From Polaromonas sp. (lineage in GTDB: Bacteria > Pseudomonadota > Gammaproteobacteria > Burkholderiales > Burkholderiaceae_C), in NCBI GenBank assembly GCA_013298945.1, contig JAAFJR010000008.1, positions 17,293-81,292 of the forward strand: a DNA stretch of 64,000 bases, read 5' to 3'. The notes beneath the pieces were generated by a model. That model made no database searches and had not been told where the DNA came from. It saw only the letters and a program-made list of their open reading frames with translations. A program made the translations under genes and the position numbers. This document shows, piece by piece, positions 9,917 to 20,229 of the stretch (positions within the stretch are counted from its first letter, which is position 1; the number at the start of each line of letters is the position of its first letter).

Positions 9917-11154
9917 CGGGTTCCTTTATTTATCAATACAATCGCAGCAATTGAAAGCAAAAGTTCAGAAATACACAAACCAATTGCAGTACCGAATGCG
10001 CCGTAGAAATATGCACCCACGCTCGAAAAAAAACAAACTAAAACTGCCTCAAACCATTGAAAACTGGCAATGATTTTAAGACTACCTGTAGCTGACCAAT
10101 AATATGTTACTGCAGCTTTACGTAATCCATATATAAATAGCCAAATTACTAAGGTTTTTAATATCAAAGATGCGGATAAAAATGAGTTTCCGTAAAGTAA
10201 ATACAATATCCAATCTGATAATATTGCTACTAAACCACACCCTATGAATAAAATACCACCCAAGATAGCCAGTGCACGTAAACGTAATTTATCAGCACGT
10301 GCTATATTTTTATTATTTTCTTTTGCGAGCCAACCCATGAATGATTGCTCCACAAAACTTAATACATGTGCAGCTGCACGTGTCAACCTATCAGCTGCAG
10401 TAAATAATCCCGTCTGAAAAGATCCTGACAAATATCCCAATGCCAAAACAGGAACAGAGACGCTTGCGCTTGAAAAAAAACCAGAAAATATATTATGTTT
10501 GACGTCTTTTAAATATTCTCGCCATGAAATCCAATTAATTCCCTGCATTTCTGGTTTAAAGCTTCGCCACCAGCTAGGCATCAATAACAAGCCAGCTATC
10601 AGAGTTCCGCTACATGATGCAACACAAGCAATTATTAGGTCATCAGTAGATTTAACAAATAGCCAAATTATTACTGCACTGATTAAACGTCCGCACATCA
10701 AAGCAACCCCCATGCTTAGGCCTTTTTGCCGAGCAACATACCACCACTGAGGAAAAATCAATGTTCCAAGTACTAATAAAAGTGACCAACCGACCAACAA
10801 GAAAGGTAAGTCTGGAACAAAATAGCCAACCAATAATACTATGAGTATTATTGGAAGACTACATATAAACCTAGCTATAAAATTGTCAATTAAAACTTGC
10901 TGAGACGTTAGAGGATCAACAGCAATCGATGCTCTTCTTTGAGATTCAGTATTAAAACCAGCATCAACAAATACCACTGCAAGAAATACAACTGCTTGTG
11001 CAAGCATTAACTGACCAAATAGGGTTACCCCCAAACTCCGAGCTAATATTGGCAAAGTCAGCAATGGGATTATCATCCCCAGGACTTGAAATATAACCAA
11101 CCAAAGGGTAGCTTTGGCTATATTGTTGCCAGTTGCATTTTTTTCACTCATCAA
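9913..11154 (-). CDS. wzx: oligosaccharide flippase (Wzx, MOP superfamily)
   Basis: About 12 TM helices with a polysaccharide-biosynthesis-protein-like N-terminus. Has a 4-nt overlap with the downstream GT gene. Confidence 0.7.
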   Translation of the reverse strand: MMSEKNATGNNIAKATLWLVIFQVLGMIIPLLTLPILARSLGVTLFGQLMLAQAVVFLAVVFVDAGFNTESQRRASIAVDPLTSQQVLIDNFIARFICSLPIILIVLLVGYFVPDLPFLLVGWSLLLVLGTLIFPQWWYVARQKGLSMGVALMCGRLISAVIIWLFVKSTDDLIIACVASCSGTLIAGLLLMPSWWRSFKPEMQGINWISWREYLKDVKHNIFSGFFSSASVSVPVLALGYLSGSFQTGLFTAADRLTRAAAHVLSFVEQSFMGWLAKENNKNIARADKLRLRALAILGGILFIGCGLVAILSDWILYLLYGNSFLSASLILKTLVIWLFIYGLRKAAVTYYWSATGSLKIIASFQWFEAVLVCFFSSVGAYFYGAFGTAIGLCISELLLSIAAIVLINKGTR

Positions 11155-11217
11155 AATAGAATATAGTTTATTTGTGAGATTAGCATGCTATTTTTACAAT
11201 TAATATAATTTAGGTTG

Positions 11218-12417
11218 TTATTTTATTCGCAAAAAAGCAATGAAAACTTTATGCCATCTATCTCTACGTTCGAAGTCAGTGAATAAAATATCCCAAGCGA
11301 GTGCAAAAATGATTGCAAGAAAGAAGCCAATCAAAGCTCCAATGATGGCATTTACAAAAACTCGAGGCCCAGATTTCTTGGTCGGTGCTACAGCGGCATC
11401 CAGTATTGAAATCACTGAAAAATCTCTAGATTCATCTATTCTTGAAAGCGCCCTTGCCTTCGTTAGCTGCTCTAAAACATTGTTATTTATTTCTTCCTCA
11501 CGCCGTAATGGTTCAACTTTTGCACGCAATTCAGCATACGACTGAAATGGTACAAAAATTTCATCATTAACCTTGTTTAAAGTGTCTGAAATATCTGTAG
11601 TATTCCGCCTCGAACGCGTACCTGCTATTGAAGCAAGCTGTGACTTTAATGCAGCCAATTCGGTTTGCATTCTTACCACTTCTGGATGGTTGTTAGTGGC
11701 AACGACAGCCATTTTTTGAAGCTCAACTTGCCGAGTTGCAATCATGCCACGTAACTCTACGACCACAGCAGAAGAGGCTTCTTCTTGTCCTTTAAGTCGA
11801 GTTAGACCAGTTAAACGCTCCATCTCAAGTAGTGCCTTACTTGAGTTATCTAGCTTTTTTCGTGCTTCTATAATTAAGCCATCATAGAACTCTAGACGTC
11901 GCTCAGATTCTGCTCTCGCAAGTTTTCTGGCAATTGTATACATGGCATTAATCATTCCGTTTGCAATATCTGCAGCGGAATCTCCCTTTTTGTCTGTGTA
12001 GGCTAGTGTGATAATGCCATCACGCCCTACTTCAACTTTAGTTCTTTTCCCGACTAAAACTCGCAGATCATCGATGTCATCTACTCCATAATGCTTACTT
12101 AAATTAAATTGTTTAATCACATCATCTTGAACGGAACGACTAAAAAATAAACTAGCATATAAATCTGACGGATTCTTGAGGGTTAATGCAGATGCACCAA
12201 GAACAGCTGTTCCACCTATTTGATTCAACAAAGAAGATGCTGTGGCCGTATTAGTCTGGGGGGGTAGCATACGAGCATAAGCTGTAAAAACAGGCAATGA
12301 TAGATAGGAATTAACTCCAACAGCTGCTCCGACAATAAGAGGCAGCAATATTAATAACCATCTATATTTAGACAGCCGAAGCATCAACCCAGAAACACCT
12401 ACATTTGGTACGCTCAT
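11218..12417 (-). CDS. polysaccharide chain-length determinant (Wzz/GumC-type PCP) without a kinase domain
   Basis: TM helix, then a long coiled-coil periplasmic region, then a C-terminal TM helix. I prefer the start MSVPNVG at 12417 because it forms an ATGA overlap with the upstream stop. Confidence 0.7.
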   Translation of the reverse strand: MSVPNVGVSGLMLRLSKYRWLLILLPLIVGAAVGVNSYLSLPVFTAYARMLPPQTNTATASSLLNQIGGTAVLGASALTLKNPSDLYASLFFSRSVQDDVIKQFNLSKHYGVDDIDDLRVLVGKRTKVEVGRDGIITLAYTDKKGDSAADIANGMINAMYTIARKLARAESERRLEFYDGLIIEARKKLDNSSKALLEMERLTGLTRLKGQEEASSAVVVELRGMIATRQVELQKMAVVATNNHPEVVRMQTELAALKSQLASIAGTRSRRNTTDISDTLNKVNDEIFVPFQSYAELRAKVEPLRREEEINNNVLEQLTKARALSRIDESRDFSVISILDAAVAPTKKSGPRVFVNAIIGALIGFFLAIIFALAWDILFTDFERRDRWHKVFIAFLRIK

Positions 12418-14792
12418 AAGCTTGATCGCAGTATCTTTATTGCCGCGCCGCCTAAACCCAATTGATAAAAAATCTGACTCCAATCACGGAAAATTCTTGT
12501 CCAGCTTGTAGACTGTACATCTTCGGGCACAACAATGGTATCCCCAGGATTAATTTCAAGTGATCCACCACTCATCCAGCCACCTTGTTGCCGTACCGTT
12601 CCGTCTGCACGATAAACTACTAACCCTGAGCGATCTGCGTGTTGTCGCAATCCACCTGAATTATCAATATAATTTTGACTTGTCCAAGCTGAATTCCAAA
12701 GAAGACTACCCTGCCTGAATACTGAACCTACTACAGTTACAGTTGCTGGCTTTGTGGGGATAAAAATAGAATCAAGATCTTCTAGCGCTACTGAAGGTAT
12801 ATCCTTATACTGCGCTGTTGAACCTAACAAATTCAAAGGTATTCTGCCTTCAGGTTGAATATTTCTCAACCTGCCTATCAATGACTTAATCGATTCAATC
12901 TCACCAGTACTAACGACACCCTCTTCTTGCGTAGTTGCAGTTCTTGACCGGCTAGCTAGATATCGAAAATAATCCTGCTCTATACGATCGGTAATGTCCT
13001 TAAGTCGCAAGGCTTCATCTTTTTTTGCACTTTCTCTGCTAAAGATGGTACCGAACATATAAGCTTGATTTGTAATCCCACCTGCTCGAAGAATTACTTG
13101 ACTCAAAGTTTCACCTTGCCCTACAGAATAAATTCCTGGTGCTTTTACCTCACCCTCAACTTTGACTAGTTTTAATTTTTTTTCTTGTGGTTGTTTAAAA
13201 TCACTTTTTGAAAATATAACAATTGTGTCACCAGATATCAGCGTTAAGTCATTTTCCAAATCTTTTGCAAGAGCTTTTGCCAAATTAAAAGGGATGACAC
13301 TAGTTGATAATGAAACAGAATCAATTCTTTCAACGGCCGCATAATCCCACTCCATATCTGGAAAGTCTCTACGGAAATCTGTATCTCTTGAAAGCTCAGT
13401 TAAACTCATAAGATTCGAGCGTCCATTTTGCTGCATCCATGCGGCGGGCCGTATCAATCCATCTTTTGGACTCAAGACATCTGATATACGTAAACCTGAA
13501 GTCCAGGGTTGTCGTAGCGGCTGAGCAACATTTCCTCTAACCGTTATAAATTGCTCAAAACGGGGGGAAGGCGGCAATATCATAAGGATATCACCATCTT
13601 GTAATGTTTTGTCTGCCCCCAGTTGTCCTAAATTAATATTTTCTATCTGACGGCCGCCATCCTTAAGTCGCTCTAAGCGAACATTTGGTTTTTGTTGAGA
13701 TAAGCTCAATCCACCGGCAAATCCAATCACTTCGGATATTAGTGTTTTATCGCCTAAATGATAAATAGCTGGGCGCTTAACAGCTCCACCAATAGCTACG
13801 AAACCTTTAGCCGCAGGAATAAAAATAACATCACCTGGCAATAGCTGTGGGTCGCTCGTTTTATCACCCTCAATAATCAATTTATAAGCGTCTACAACTG
13901 CCACAATCTTACCCCCACGTCGCAACTCAATTTTTCTAAAATCGCCAGTAGGTAATGGACCTCCAGATGCTAATAATCCATGGAGTGCTGTTGCAGTAGA
14001 CTCGGTTGTATGAATACCTGGTTTTTTTGCAAATCCTGCAACATAAAACTGAATTTGCCTTAATGCGCCCAAAGTCACTGTCAATTCAAAATTTTTATAT
14101 TGCTTAGAAATTTGAGTATTAATCAGTGACTTAAGATCTGAAATTTTCTGACCAGCCACCATAATTTGGCCTATTTTTGGTAAGAATATTAAACCAGAAC
14201 GATCAACTTGTCCTTGAAAATCAATATCAATCTGCCCCCAAGCACGAATTAAAAGTTCATCACCAGGACCAACACGATAATCTGCAGGTATGGTCAAAGG
14301 ATCTAAAGCTGACTGCAATGATCTACCATCAAAAAGTTCAGCTCCAAAAATAGGCAACATAGAACCGAATGAACTCTGTACTAGATCGGGAAAATCATAT
14401 GGAAATTTCAATGCTGGTTGCATTGAGTTTACAACTGGAGCATCAGCTGCAGCAGTCCCACCATTGGTACCACCAACAAAATTAGTAGTTTTATTCTCTA
14501 CTTTTGTCTCAAGAGATGTAGACAACTGAAGCTGCATTGGACCCTGCTTGGTAGCAGGCCTATCTTTCAAGTCATATCCTACTCCGGACCCTGCTGGTTT
14601 TGAAAAAATGCGCGACGGCGAAAAAATTCTATTGTCTTTGGTTAAATCACCTGGTAATGGAGCCTGCAAAAGTTGCGATGCACTGCTTGTAGAGGGTTGA
14701 CTAGTATCGTTTTGTGCGATAACAAAACTTGAATAAAATACAAAAAAAACTAATGATATAGTTTGCAAAAATATTTTAAAAAAGCTTTTCAT
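12414..14792 (-). CDS. large outer-membrane polysaccharide export protein (Wza/KpsD-like with several SLBB-type modules)
   Basis: Signal peptide MKSFFKIFLQTISLVFFVFYSSFVIAQ. Poly_export-like YRVGPGDELLIRAWGQ, then repeated ...GDV/GDI...P motifs typical of SLBB domains. Confidence 0.75.
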   Translation of the reverse strand: MKSFFKIFLQTISLVFFVFYSSFVIAQNDTSQPSTSSASQLLQAPLPGDLTKDNRIFSPSRIFSKPAGSGVGYDLKDRPATKQGPMQLQLSTSLETKVENKTTNFVGGTNGGTAAADAPVVNSMQPALKFPYDFPDLVQSSFGSMLPIFGAELFDGRSLQSALDPLTIPADYRVGPGDELLIRAWGQIDIDFQGQVDRSGLIFLPKIGQIMVAGQKISDLKSLINTQISKQYKNFELTVTLGALRQIQFYVAGFAKKPGIHTTESTATALHGLLASGGPLPTGDFRKIELRRGGKIVAVVDAYKLIIEGDKTSDPQLLPGDVIFIPAAKGFVAIGGAVKRPAIYHLGDKTLISEVIGFAGGLSLSQQKPNVRLERLKDGGRQIENINLGQLGADKTLQDGDILMILPPSPRFEQFITVRGNVAQPLRQPWTSGLRISDVLSPKDGLIRPAAWMQQNGRSNLMSLTELSRDTDFRRDFPDMEWDYAAVERIDSVSLSTSVIPFNLAKALAKDLENDLTLISGDTIVIFSKSDFKQPQEKKLKLVKVEGEVKAPGIYSVGQGETLSQVILRAGGITNQAYMFGTIFSRESAKKDEALRLKDITDRIEQDYFRYLASRSRTATTQEEGVVSTGEIESIKSLIGRLRNIQPEGRIPLNLLGSTAQYKDIPSVALEDLDSIFIPTKPATVTVVGSVFRQGSLLWNSAWTSQNYIDNSGGLRQHADRSGLVVYRADGTVRQQGGWMSGGSLEINPGDTIVVPEDVQSTSWTRIFRDWSQIFYQLGLGGAAIKILRSSL

Positions 14793-14841
14793 GAATATAG
14801 CTTTTAACATATTAATTTTAAAGACTTTAATCATAATTTGT

Positions 14842-16251
14842 TTAATAAGCATTTTTACCAGTAATGACTAATTTAATTGTGCGCAATATGACATATATAT
14901 CTAGCATTGGCGTCCAATTTCTCAAATACTCTAAATCGTACTCCACTCGTTTCTCCATCTTATCAATGGTATCAGTTTCACCTCGAAACCCATGTATTTG
15001 AGCCCATCCAGTTAAACCCGGTTTAACTTTATGACGAAGCATATAGCCCTTAACAAGTCCTCTATATTGTCTGTTGTGTCCTGCAGCGTGTGGCCTGGGG
15101 CCCACGATGCTCATATCGCCCTTAAAAATATTTATCAATTGCGGTAATTCATCGATGGACGTTCGACGAATGAAAGCACCCACCTTTGTTACTCGCATGT
15201 CATTTTGAGTTGTTTGCACTACAGTTTCTCCATCACTTGAAGCATTGCTGGTTGCTTGCGTCATCGATCTGAATTTATAAATTTGAAAAGGTTGTGCGCC
15301 ATTACCCCATCTATTTTGCATAAAAAATACTGGACCTTTTGAATCAATTTTTATCCAAATTGCCACCAATATTAACAATGGCAAAAGCACTATTAAACCA
15401 ATAGAAGAACCTAAAATATCAAAAATACGTTTAATGACAGAATCAAACCCTTTGCCGGGTGAGTCAATAATCGTAAATACCGACATACTGCCAATGGGAG
15501 TCATAGCCTCCCTAATTGGGCGAAACAATAAAAAATCATGTAAGTAATGCACTGAACAAGTACTGTCTAGCAACTGCTCCAACACAAAACCGAATCTATA
15601 GCTTGCTTCAGTAGGTAAAGAAACTAATACATGGTCTACATTTTGATTCGTAATATAGTCTGCAATTGCATCTATGCGACATAGGATTTTAAAAGGAGTG
15701 TATTCGGGAATCCTATCATCTGTTCGATCTTCGAAAAAACCAAGAAAATCAACTGCTAAAAACCTTTGAGTTGAAAGGCTTTGAGCGAAAGCTACACTAG
15801 AACTGGTAACTGCAGCAATAGCGAGATTGATTGGCTTTCTTTTGAATATTTTCAATACTGAAATTTCAATAAAAATAATAGTTAATATTGAACTAAAAAT
15901 CCATAAAAATGAAGAAAAATAAATACACTGCTTCCATTTTTCACTCCAAGATCCATCAATTGCAAAAACAATATTTGCTAATAAATATATCAACAAAGAT
16001 TTACTAAGTAAATCACTAAAAACCGCAAATCGAAAACTTTTTATCTTAGTTAGCTTGTGAATATCGAAACGAACCCAAACCATCGACAGCGCTAAAACAA
16101 TTAATAATGGCCAAAGACCTTTGTCACTGCCATCAAACCAGCCATAAAACCATGCTAAACAAATAGAACAAAACGCAGGCACGACTAACTGGATAACGTA
16201 CCTAAAAGGATTACGTATCGCTAAAAAATCTGAACCAGAACCATATTGCAC
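14842..16251 (-). CDS. undecaprenyl-phosphate hexose-1-phosphate transferase (WbaP/WcaJ-type initiating enzyme)
   Basis: C-terminal bacterial sugar transferase domain: [20 protein letters not shown]...YKFRSM...[21 protein letters not shown]. Confidence 0.85.
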   Translation of the reverse strand: MQYGSGSDFLAIRNPFRYVIQLVVPAFCSICLAWFYGWFDGSDKGLWPLLIVLALSMVWVRFDIHKLTKIKSFRFAVFSDLLSKSLLIYLLANIVFAIDGSWSEKWKQCIYFSSFLWIFSSILTIIFIEISVLKIFKRKPINLAIAAVTSSSVAFAQSLSTQRFLAVDFLGFFEDRTDDRIPEYTPFKILCRIDAIADYITNQNVDHVLVSLPTEASYRFGFVLEQLLDSTCSVHYLHDFLLFRPIREAMTPIGSMSVFTIIDSPGKGFDSVIKRIFDILGSSIGLIVLLPLLILVAIWIKIDSKGPVFFMQNRWGNGAQPFQIYKFRSMTQATSNASSDGETVVQTTQNDMRVTKVGAFIRRTSIDELPQLINIFKGDMSIVGPRPHAAGHNRQYRGLVKGYMLRHKVKPGLTGWAQIHGFRGETDTIDKMEKRVEYDLEYLRNWTPMLDIYVILRTIKLVITGKNAY

Positions 16252-16399
16252 TTGATAGTCTCCAGAAAATTGACCATTCTTTGGTGTTTTTAATTAAAAA
16301 AAGCTGCCTTGACCTTGCAATCAAGTCTAACTCTTATATAGTAAAGCAATTCTAAGCAGTGTATTTCTTTTTTTCAAAAAAATCTTCAAAGCTCTAAAC

Positions 16400-17500
16400 A
16401 TGAATTCGAAAACGATTTGGGTAAATGGCCGATATCTATCACGGAAAATAACAGGCGTTGAACGGGTTGCTGGCGAAATCTTAGCGAGTCTAGCGCAACA
16501 CTATCTTGACAGACAAGGTCGCTACCAAGGGAAAAGTACTGCGCTTCAATTCAAACTTGCTGTTGAAAGCGACTCTACTTTTTCTATCCCTTCTTATGCT
16601 GAAGGTTGGGAGGTCAAACGAATTGGAAATAGAAAAGGCCACGCCTGGGAACAATTGGATTTAGCCAGTTTACCTTCGAAAGATTGGGTACTAAGCTTGT
16701 GCAATACGGGGCCAATACTGAGAGGGAATCACGTCATTTTCTTTCATGATGCTCAGGTGTATGCGATTCCGCAAAATTTTGACTGGAAATTTAGATGGTG
16801 GTACAAAGCCTTACTCAATTTTTCTGGAAGAAGAAGTAAAGCGATTCTTACAAATTCAGAATTTTCGAAATCTGAACTATCAAAATTCACTAGGATTGCA
16901 AACGAAAAATTTGAGACCATCCTTCTTGGTTGCGATCACATGCTCAGAATTACTCCAGAAATCCCACGAGAACTTTTGACTAAACTTGCCGGGAAGCCAT
17001 ATGTTTTAGCAGTTTCTAGTGCAAGCCCTAATAAAAATTTTTCAAGTGTTTTAAAGGCTCTTGAACACTTAGGATCTGATGCCCCACATTGTGTAATCGT
17101 TGGACAACAGTATTCAAAAGTATTCAAAAATTCGAAATTAAATAGTGATCGCGTAATTGAAATGGGATACGTTAGCGATGAAACACTTGCTGGACTCTAT
17201 GCAAATGCAATGTGTCTTGTGTACCCTTCTTTTTATGAGGGTTTTGGACTACCCCCATTGGAAGCAATGCTACTTGGTTGCCCAGTAATAGCCAGCAATT
17301 GCTCCTCATTACCTGAAGTTTGCGGCACTGCTGCTATATACTGCGATCCTAACGACCCTACTACTATTGCAAATTCAATTTTATATTTAACTCAAAATCC
17401 AGAAAAAGTAAGTACGATGCGAATAACAAGTAAAGTTCATGCTGAAAATTTTACCTGGCGAAAGAGTGCAACACATTTGCTTGAAGTTTTAGAAAAATAA
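16400..17500 (+). CDS. glycosyltransferase family 4
   Basis: YPSFYEGFGLPPLEAMLLGCPVIASN motif. Confidence 0.8.
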   Translation: MNSKTIWVNGRYLSRKITGVERVAGEILASLAQHYLDRQGRYQGKSTALQFKLAVESDSTFSIPSYAEGWEVKRIGNRKGHAWEQLDLASLPSKDWVLSLCNTGPILRGNHVIFFHDAQVYAIPQNFDWKFRWWYKALLNFSGRRSKAILTNSEFSKSELSKFTRIANEKFETILLGCDHMLRITPEIPRELLTKLAGKPYVLAVSSASPNKNFSSVLKALEHLGSDAPHCVIVGQQYSKVFKNSKLNSDRVIEMGYVSDETLAGLYANAMCLVYPSFYEGFGLPPLEAMLLGCPVIASNCSSLPEVCGTAAIYCDPNDPTTIANSILYLTQNPEKVSTMRITSKVHAENFTWRKSATHLLEVLEK

Positions 17501-17578
17501 GGAAGTATCCATTATTCAAATAGTAACCAATTTAATAGATTAGTAATTTTTTACACAAAACATTGCAGGAGCTAGCAA

Positions 17579-18706
17579 ATGAAAGTAGCAGTTGTTCATG
17601 ATTGGTTAGTTATTTACGGAGGTGCAGAGCGCGTGCTCGAACACATTTTGGATATGTATCCTCAAGCAGATGTGTTTTCACTTATCGATTTTGTTCCGGA
17701 GAATCAACGTCATTTTTTACGTGGAAAAAAACCAATAACAAGCTTTCTACAAAACCTACCTGGTGCGAAGAAACACTATCGAAAATTTTTACCCTTCATG
17801 CCATTTGCAATCGAGCAATTTGATTTGTCTCACTATGATTTGGTTATCTCAAGTACATATTGTGTAGCAAAAGGCGTATTAACTGGCCCAAATCAAGTGC
17901 ATGTTTCTTATTGTCACTCACCAATGAGGTACGCTTGGGATCATTATCACGAATATTTACGTGAAATGAATTTGGAAAAAGGAATAAAAAGTTGGTTTGC
18001 ACGGTGGCAGTTGCATAAGATTAGAACTTGGGATGTTCGCTCAAACAACAGCGTTGATCATTTTGTATCAAATTCAAAATTTGTCTCTCGGCGCATTTCG
18101 AAATACTATGGACGAGAAAGTGTGATTGTAAATCCGCCTGTTGACACCTCTATTTTTAAGCTTCAAAATGAAAAAGAAGACTACTATGTCACTGCAGGAA
18201 GATTTGTTCCTTTTAAACGACTAGACATAGTTGCCGAAGCTTTTAAAAGCATGCCCAACAAAAAACTATTTATTCTCGGGGATGGACCTGAATTGGAAAA
18301 AATAAAAAGCAAAGCTGGACCAAATACAGTATTCCCTGGCTTCTTACCAGCTTCTGAAGTAAATAGGTATTTATCAAAAGCAAAAGCTTTTATATTTCCC
18401 TCTGAAGAGGATTTTGGGATCGTTCCCGTTGAAGCGCAGGCATGTGGTACGCCTGTGATTGCATTTGGCAAAGGAGGAGCTTTAGAGACCGTTATGCCTA
18501 TTGGTGTTCCCGGTATGGCACCAACAGGAATGTTCTTTCAAGAGCAAACTGCGGCATCAATCGTTCAAGCAGTGAAAGATTTTGAAGCTAATGCTTCGAT
18601 GTTTATTCCTAGCGACATACATAACCATGCACAAGCTTTTGCAATACCTAAATTTAAAGAAAAATTTCAAATTGAAATTGATAATACACTACTTAAATTT
18701 CAGTAA
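17579..18706 (+). CDS. glycosyltransferase family 4
   Basis: MKVAVVHDWLVIYGGAERVLEHI N-terminus and EEDFGIVPVEAQACGTPVIAF motif. Confidence 0.8.
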   Translation: MKVAVVHDWLVIYGGAERVLEHILDMYPQADVFSLIDFVPENQRHFLRGKKPITSFLQNLPGAKKHYRKFLPFMPFAIEQFDLSHYDLVISSTYCVAKGVLTGPNQVHVSYCHSPMRYAWDHYHEYLREMNLEKGIKSWFARWQLHKIRTWDVRSNNSVDHFVSNSKFVSRRISKYYGRESVIVNPPVDTSIFKLQNEKEDYYVTAGRFVPFKRLDIVAEAFKSMPNKKLFILGDGPELEKIKSKAGPNTVFPGFLPASEVNRYLSKAKAFIFPSEEDFGIVPVEAQACGTPVIAFGKGGALETVMPIGVPGMAPTGMFFQEQTAASIVQAVKDFEANASMFIPSDIHNHAQAFAIPKFKEKFQIEIDNTLLKFQ

Positions 18707-18776
18707 ATATTTTCCATTTTTAATATTACTTTTTAAAAAATTATTCATTTAACATATTTTTATCATAAATACTATT

Positions 18777-19721
18777 ATGGCACTTTCAGATTTCACCAAT
18801 AATGTCAAACCCAACATTGCTAGAGCACCAGTTACTAAAGCTGTATTTCCTGTAGCTGGCTTGGGTACCCGTTTTTTACCAGCAACCAAAGCTCAACCAA
18901 AAGAAATGCTGCCTGTTGTTGATAAACCTTTAATTCAATATGCTATTGAAGAAGCTTATTCCGCTGGTATCCGGCACATGATTTTCGTTACGGGACGAAA
19001 TAAGAGATCAATCGAAGATCATTTTGATACAGCATATGAACTTGAAGCTGAATTGGAAACAAATAACAAACTTGCCCTTTTAAGGCTGGTACAAGACATT
19101 AAACCCGATGATATGGATTGCTCATATGTGCGTCAACCTAGATCTCTAGGATTAGGCCATGCAGTTTTATGTGCTGAGCGTATGGTAGGCAACGAACCTT
19201 TTGCGGTTTTGCTTGCAGACGATTTGATGATCAACAAACCCTCAGCAGACCAAGTTGGGGGGACTCAACTATCTGTTTTGGCTCAAATGGTAAAGCTATA
19301 CGAGCACTTGGGGACTTCCATCTTAGCCGTACAGGAAGTACCTATGGAAATGGTTAGCCGCTACGGTATTGTTGCGGGGGAGGTTGCCGAGGACAGGTTA
19401 AGCAGAGTTAATAAAATTATTGAGAAACCTAAACCTGAAAATGCACCCTCTAATTTAGCTGTTGCAGGTCGCTACATATTAACCCCTGAAATATTCAATC
19501 AAATCAGGCGGCAAACGACAGGCGTACAAGGCGAGATTCAACTTACAGATGGCATAGCGAATTTACTAAAAACACAACATGTACACGCTTACCAATACTA
19601 TGGCAAAAGATATGATTGCGGCAGCAAAGAAGGCTTCTTGGAAGCAACAGTAGAGCTTGCACTACAACATCCCGAAGTTGGAGCAACTTTCCGGAAATTT
19701 TTACAAGATATGAAGTTTTAG
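18777..19721 (+). CDS. galU: UTP--glucose-1-phosphate uridylyltransferase
   Basis: [40 protein letters not shown] signature. Confidence 0.9.
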   Translation: MALSDFTNNVKPNIARAPVTKAVFPVAGLGTRFLPATKAQPKEMLPVVDKPLIQYAIEEAYSAGIRHMIFVTGRNKRSIEDHFDTAYELEAELETNNKLALLRLVQDIKPDDMDCSYVRQPRSLGLGHAVLCAERMVGNEPFAVLLADDLMINKPSADQVGGTQLSVLAQMVKLYEHLGTSILAVQEVPMEMVSRYGIVAGEVAEDRLSRVNKIIEKPKPENAPSNLAVAGRYILTPEIFNQIRRQTTGVQGEIQLTDGIANLLKTQHVHAYQYYGKRYDCGSKEGFLEATVELALQHPEVGATFRKFLQDMKF

Positions 19722-19753
19722 GCTGTTAAATTGAATGTGGGTTTATATAGCTG

Positions 19754-20107
19754 CTAGTTTTGCTTTATTACCCACTGTTTTAAATCCGCGATGAAACCTT
19801 GGACATGAACGCTTAGTTCTTCCATTGTCTTTTTAAGCACGAGCTCATTGTCAACAACTCGCAATAAGGCATCCGCTTTTTGCATAATTTCTTCAGTTTT
19901 ATTATCTGAAAAAATCGGAATTGTTCCTTTCATGCCGTGCAAAATATTGGCTGCTTGCGCGTATTGATTTGTATTTAAATAATTTTCAAATTCTAACCAA
20001 TCGTTCTCAATAGATGAATCTAGCATAGTTAACATCTCGTGCACGAGCTCTTTGTCACCCACCCTTTCGATAGCGTCTTCTATACATAGGTATTTACTAT
20101 TTGCCAT
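19754..20107 (-). CDS. stand-alone Hpt (histidine phosphotransfer) domain protein
   Basis: Four-helix-bundle sized (117 aa) with a HGMKGT phospho-histidine motif. Confidence 0.7.
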   Translation of the reverse strand: MANSKYLCIEDAIERVGDKELVHEMLTMLDSSIENDWLEFENYLNTNQYAQAANILHGMKGTIPIFSDNKTEEIMQKADALLRVVDNELVLKKTMEELSVHVQGFIADLKQWVIKQN

Positions 20108-20229
20108 TTCGATTGTATTGGGTTTTATTGGGTTGTTTTGGTTTGGGTTATGCTTGGTTTATTTTATTGCAGTTCAAGATTTAAATAATTGCTTAGATGT
20201 TCAATCTATAATAATTTTTTAACTTCTAA

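Noticed and set aside
4640-20229. Calling the AT-rich EPS block a mobile genomic island or ICE
   Set aside because: I could find no integrase, transposase, conjugation gene or flanking direct repeat. Only compositional and positional (dusA 5' end) hints exist, so it is reported as a finding and not annotated as a mobile element.
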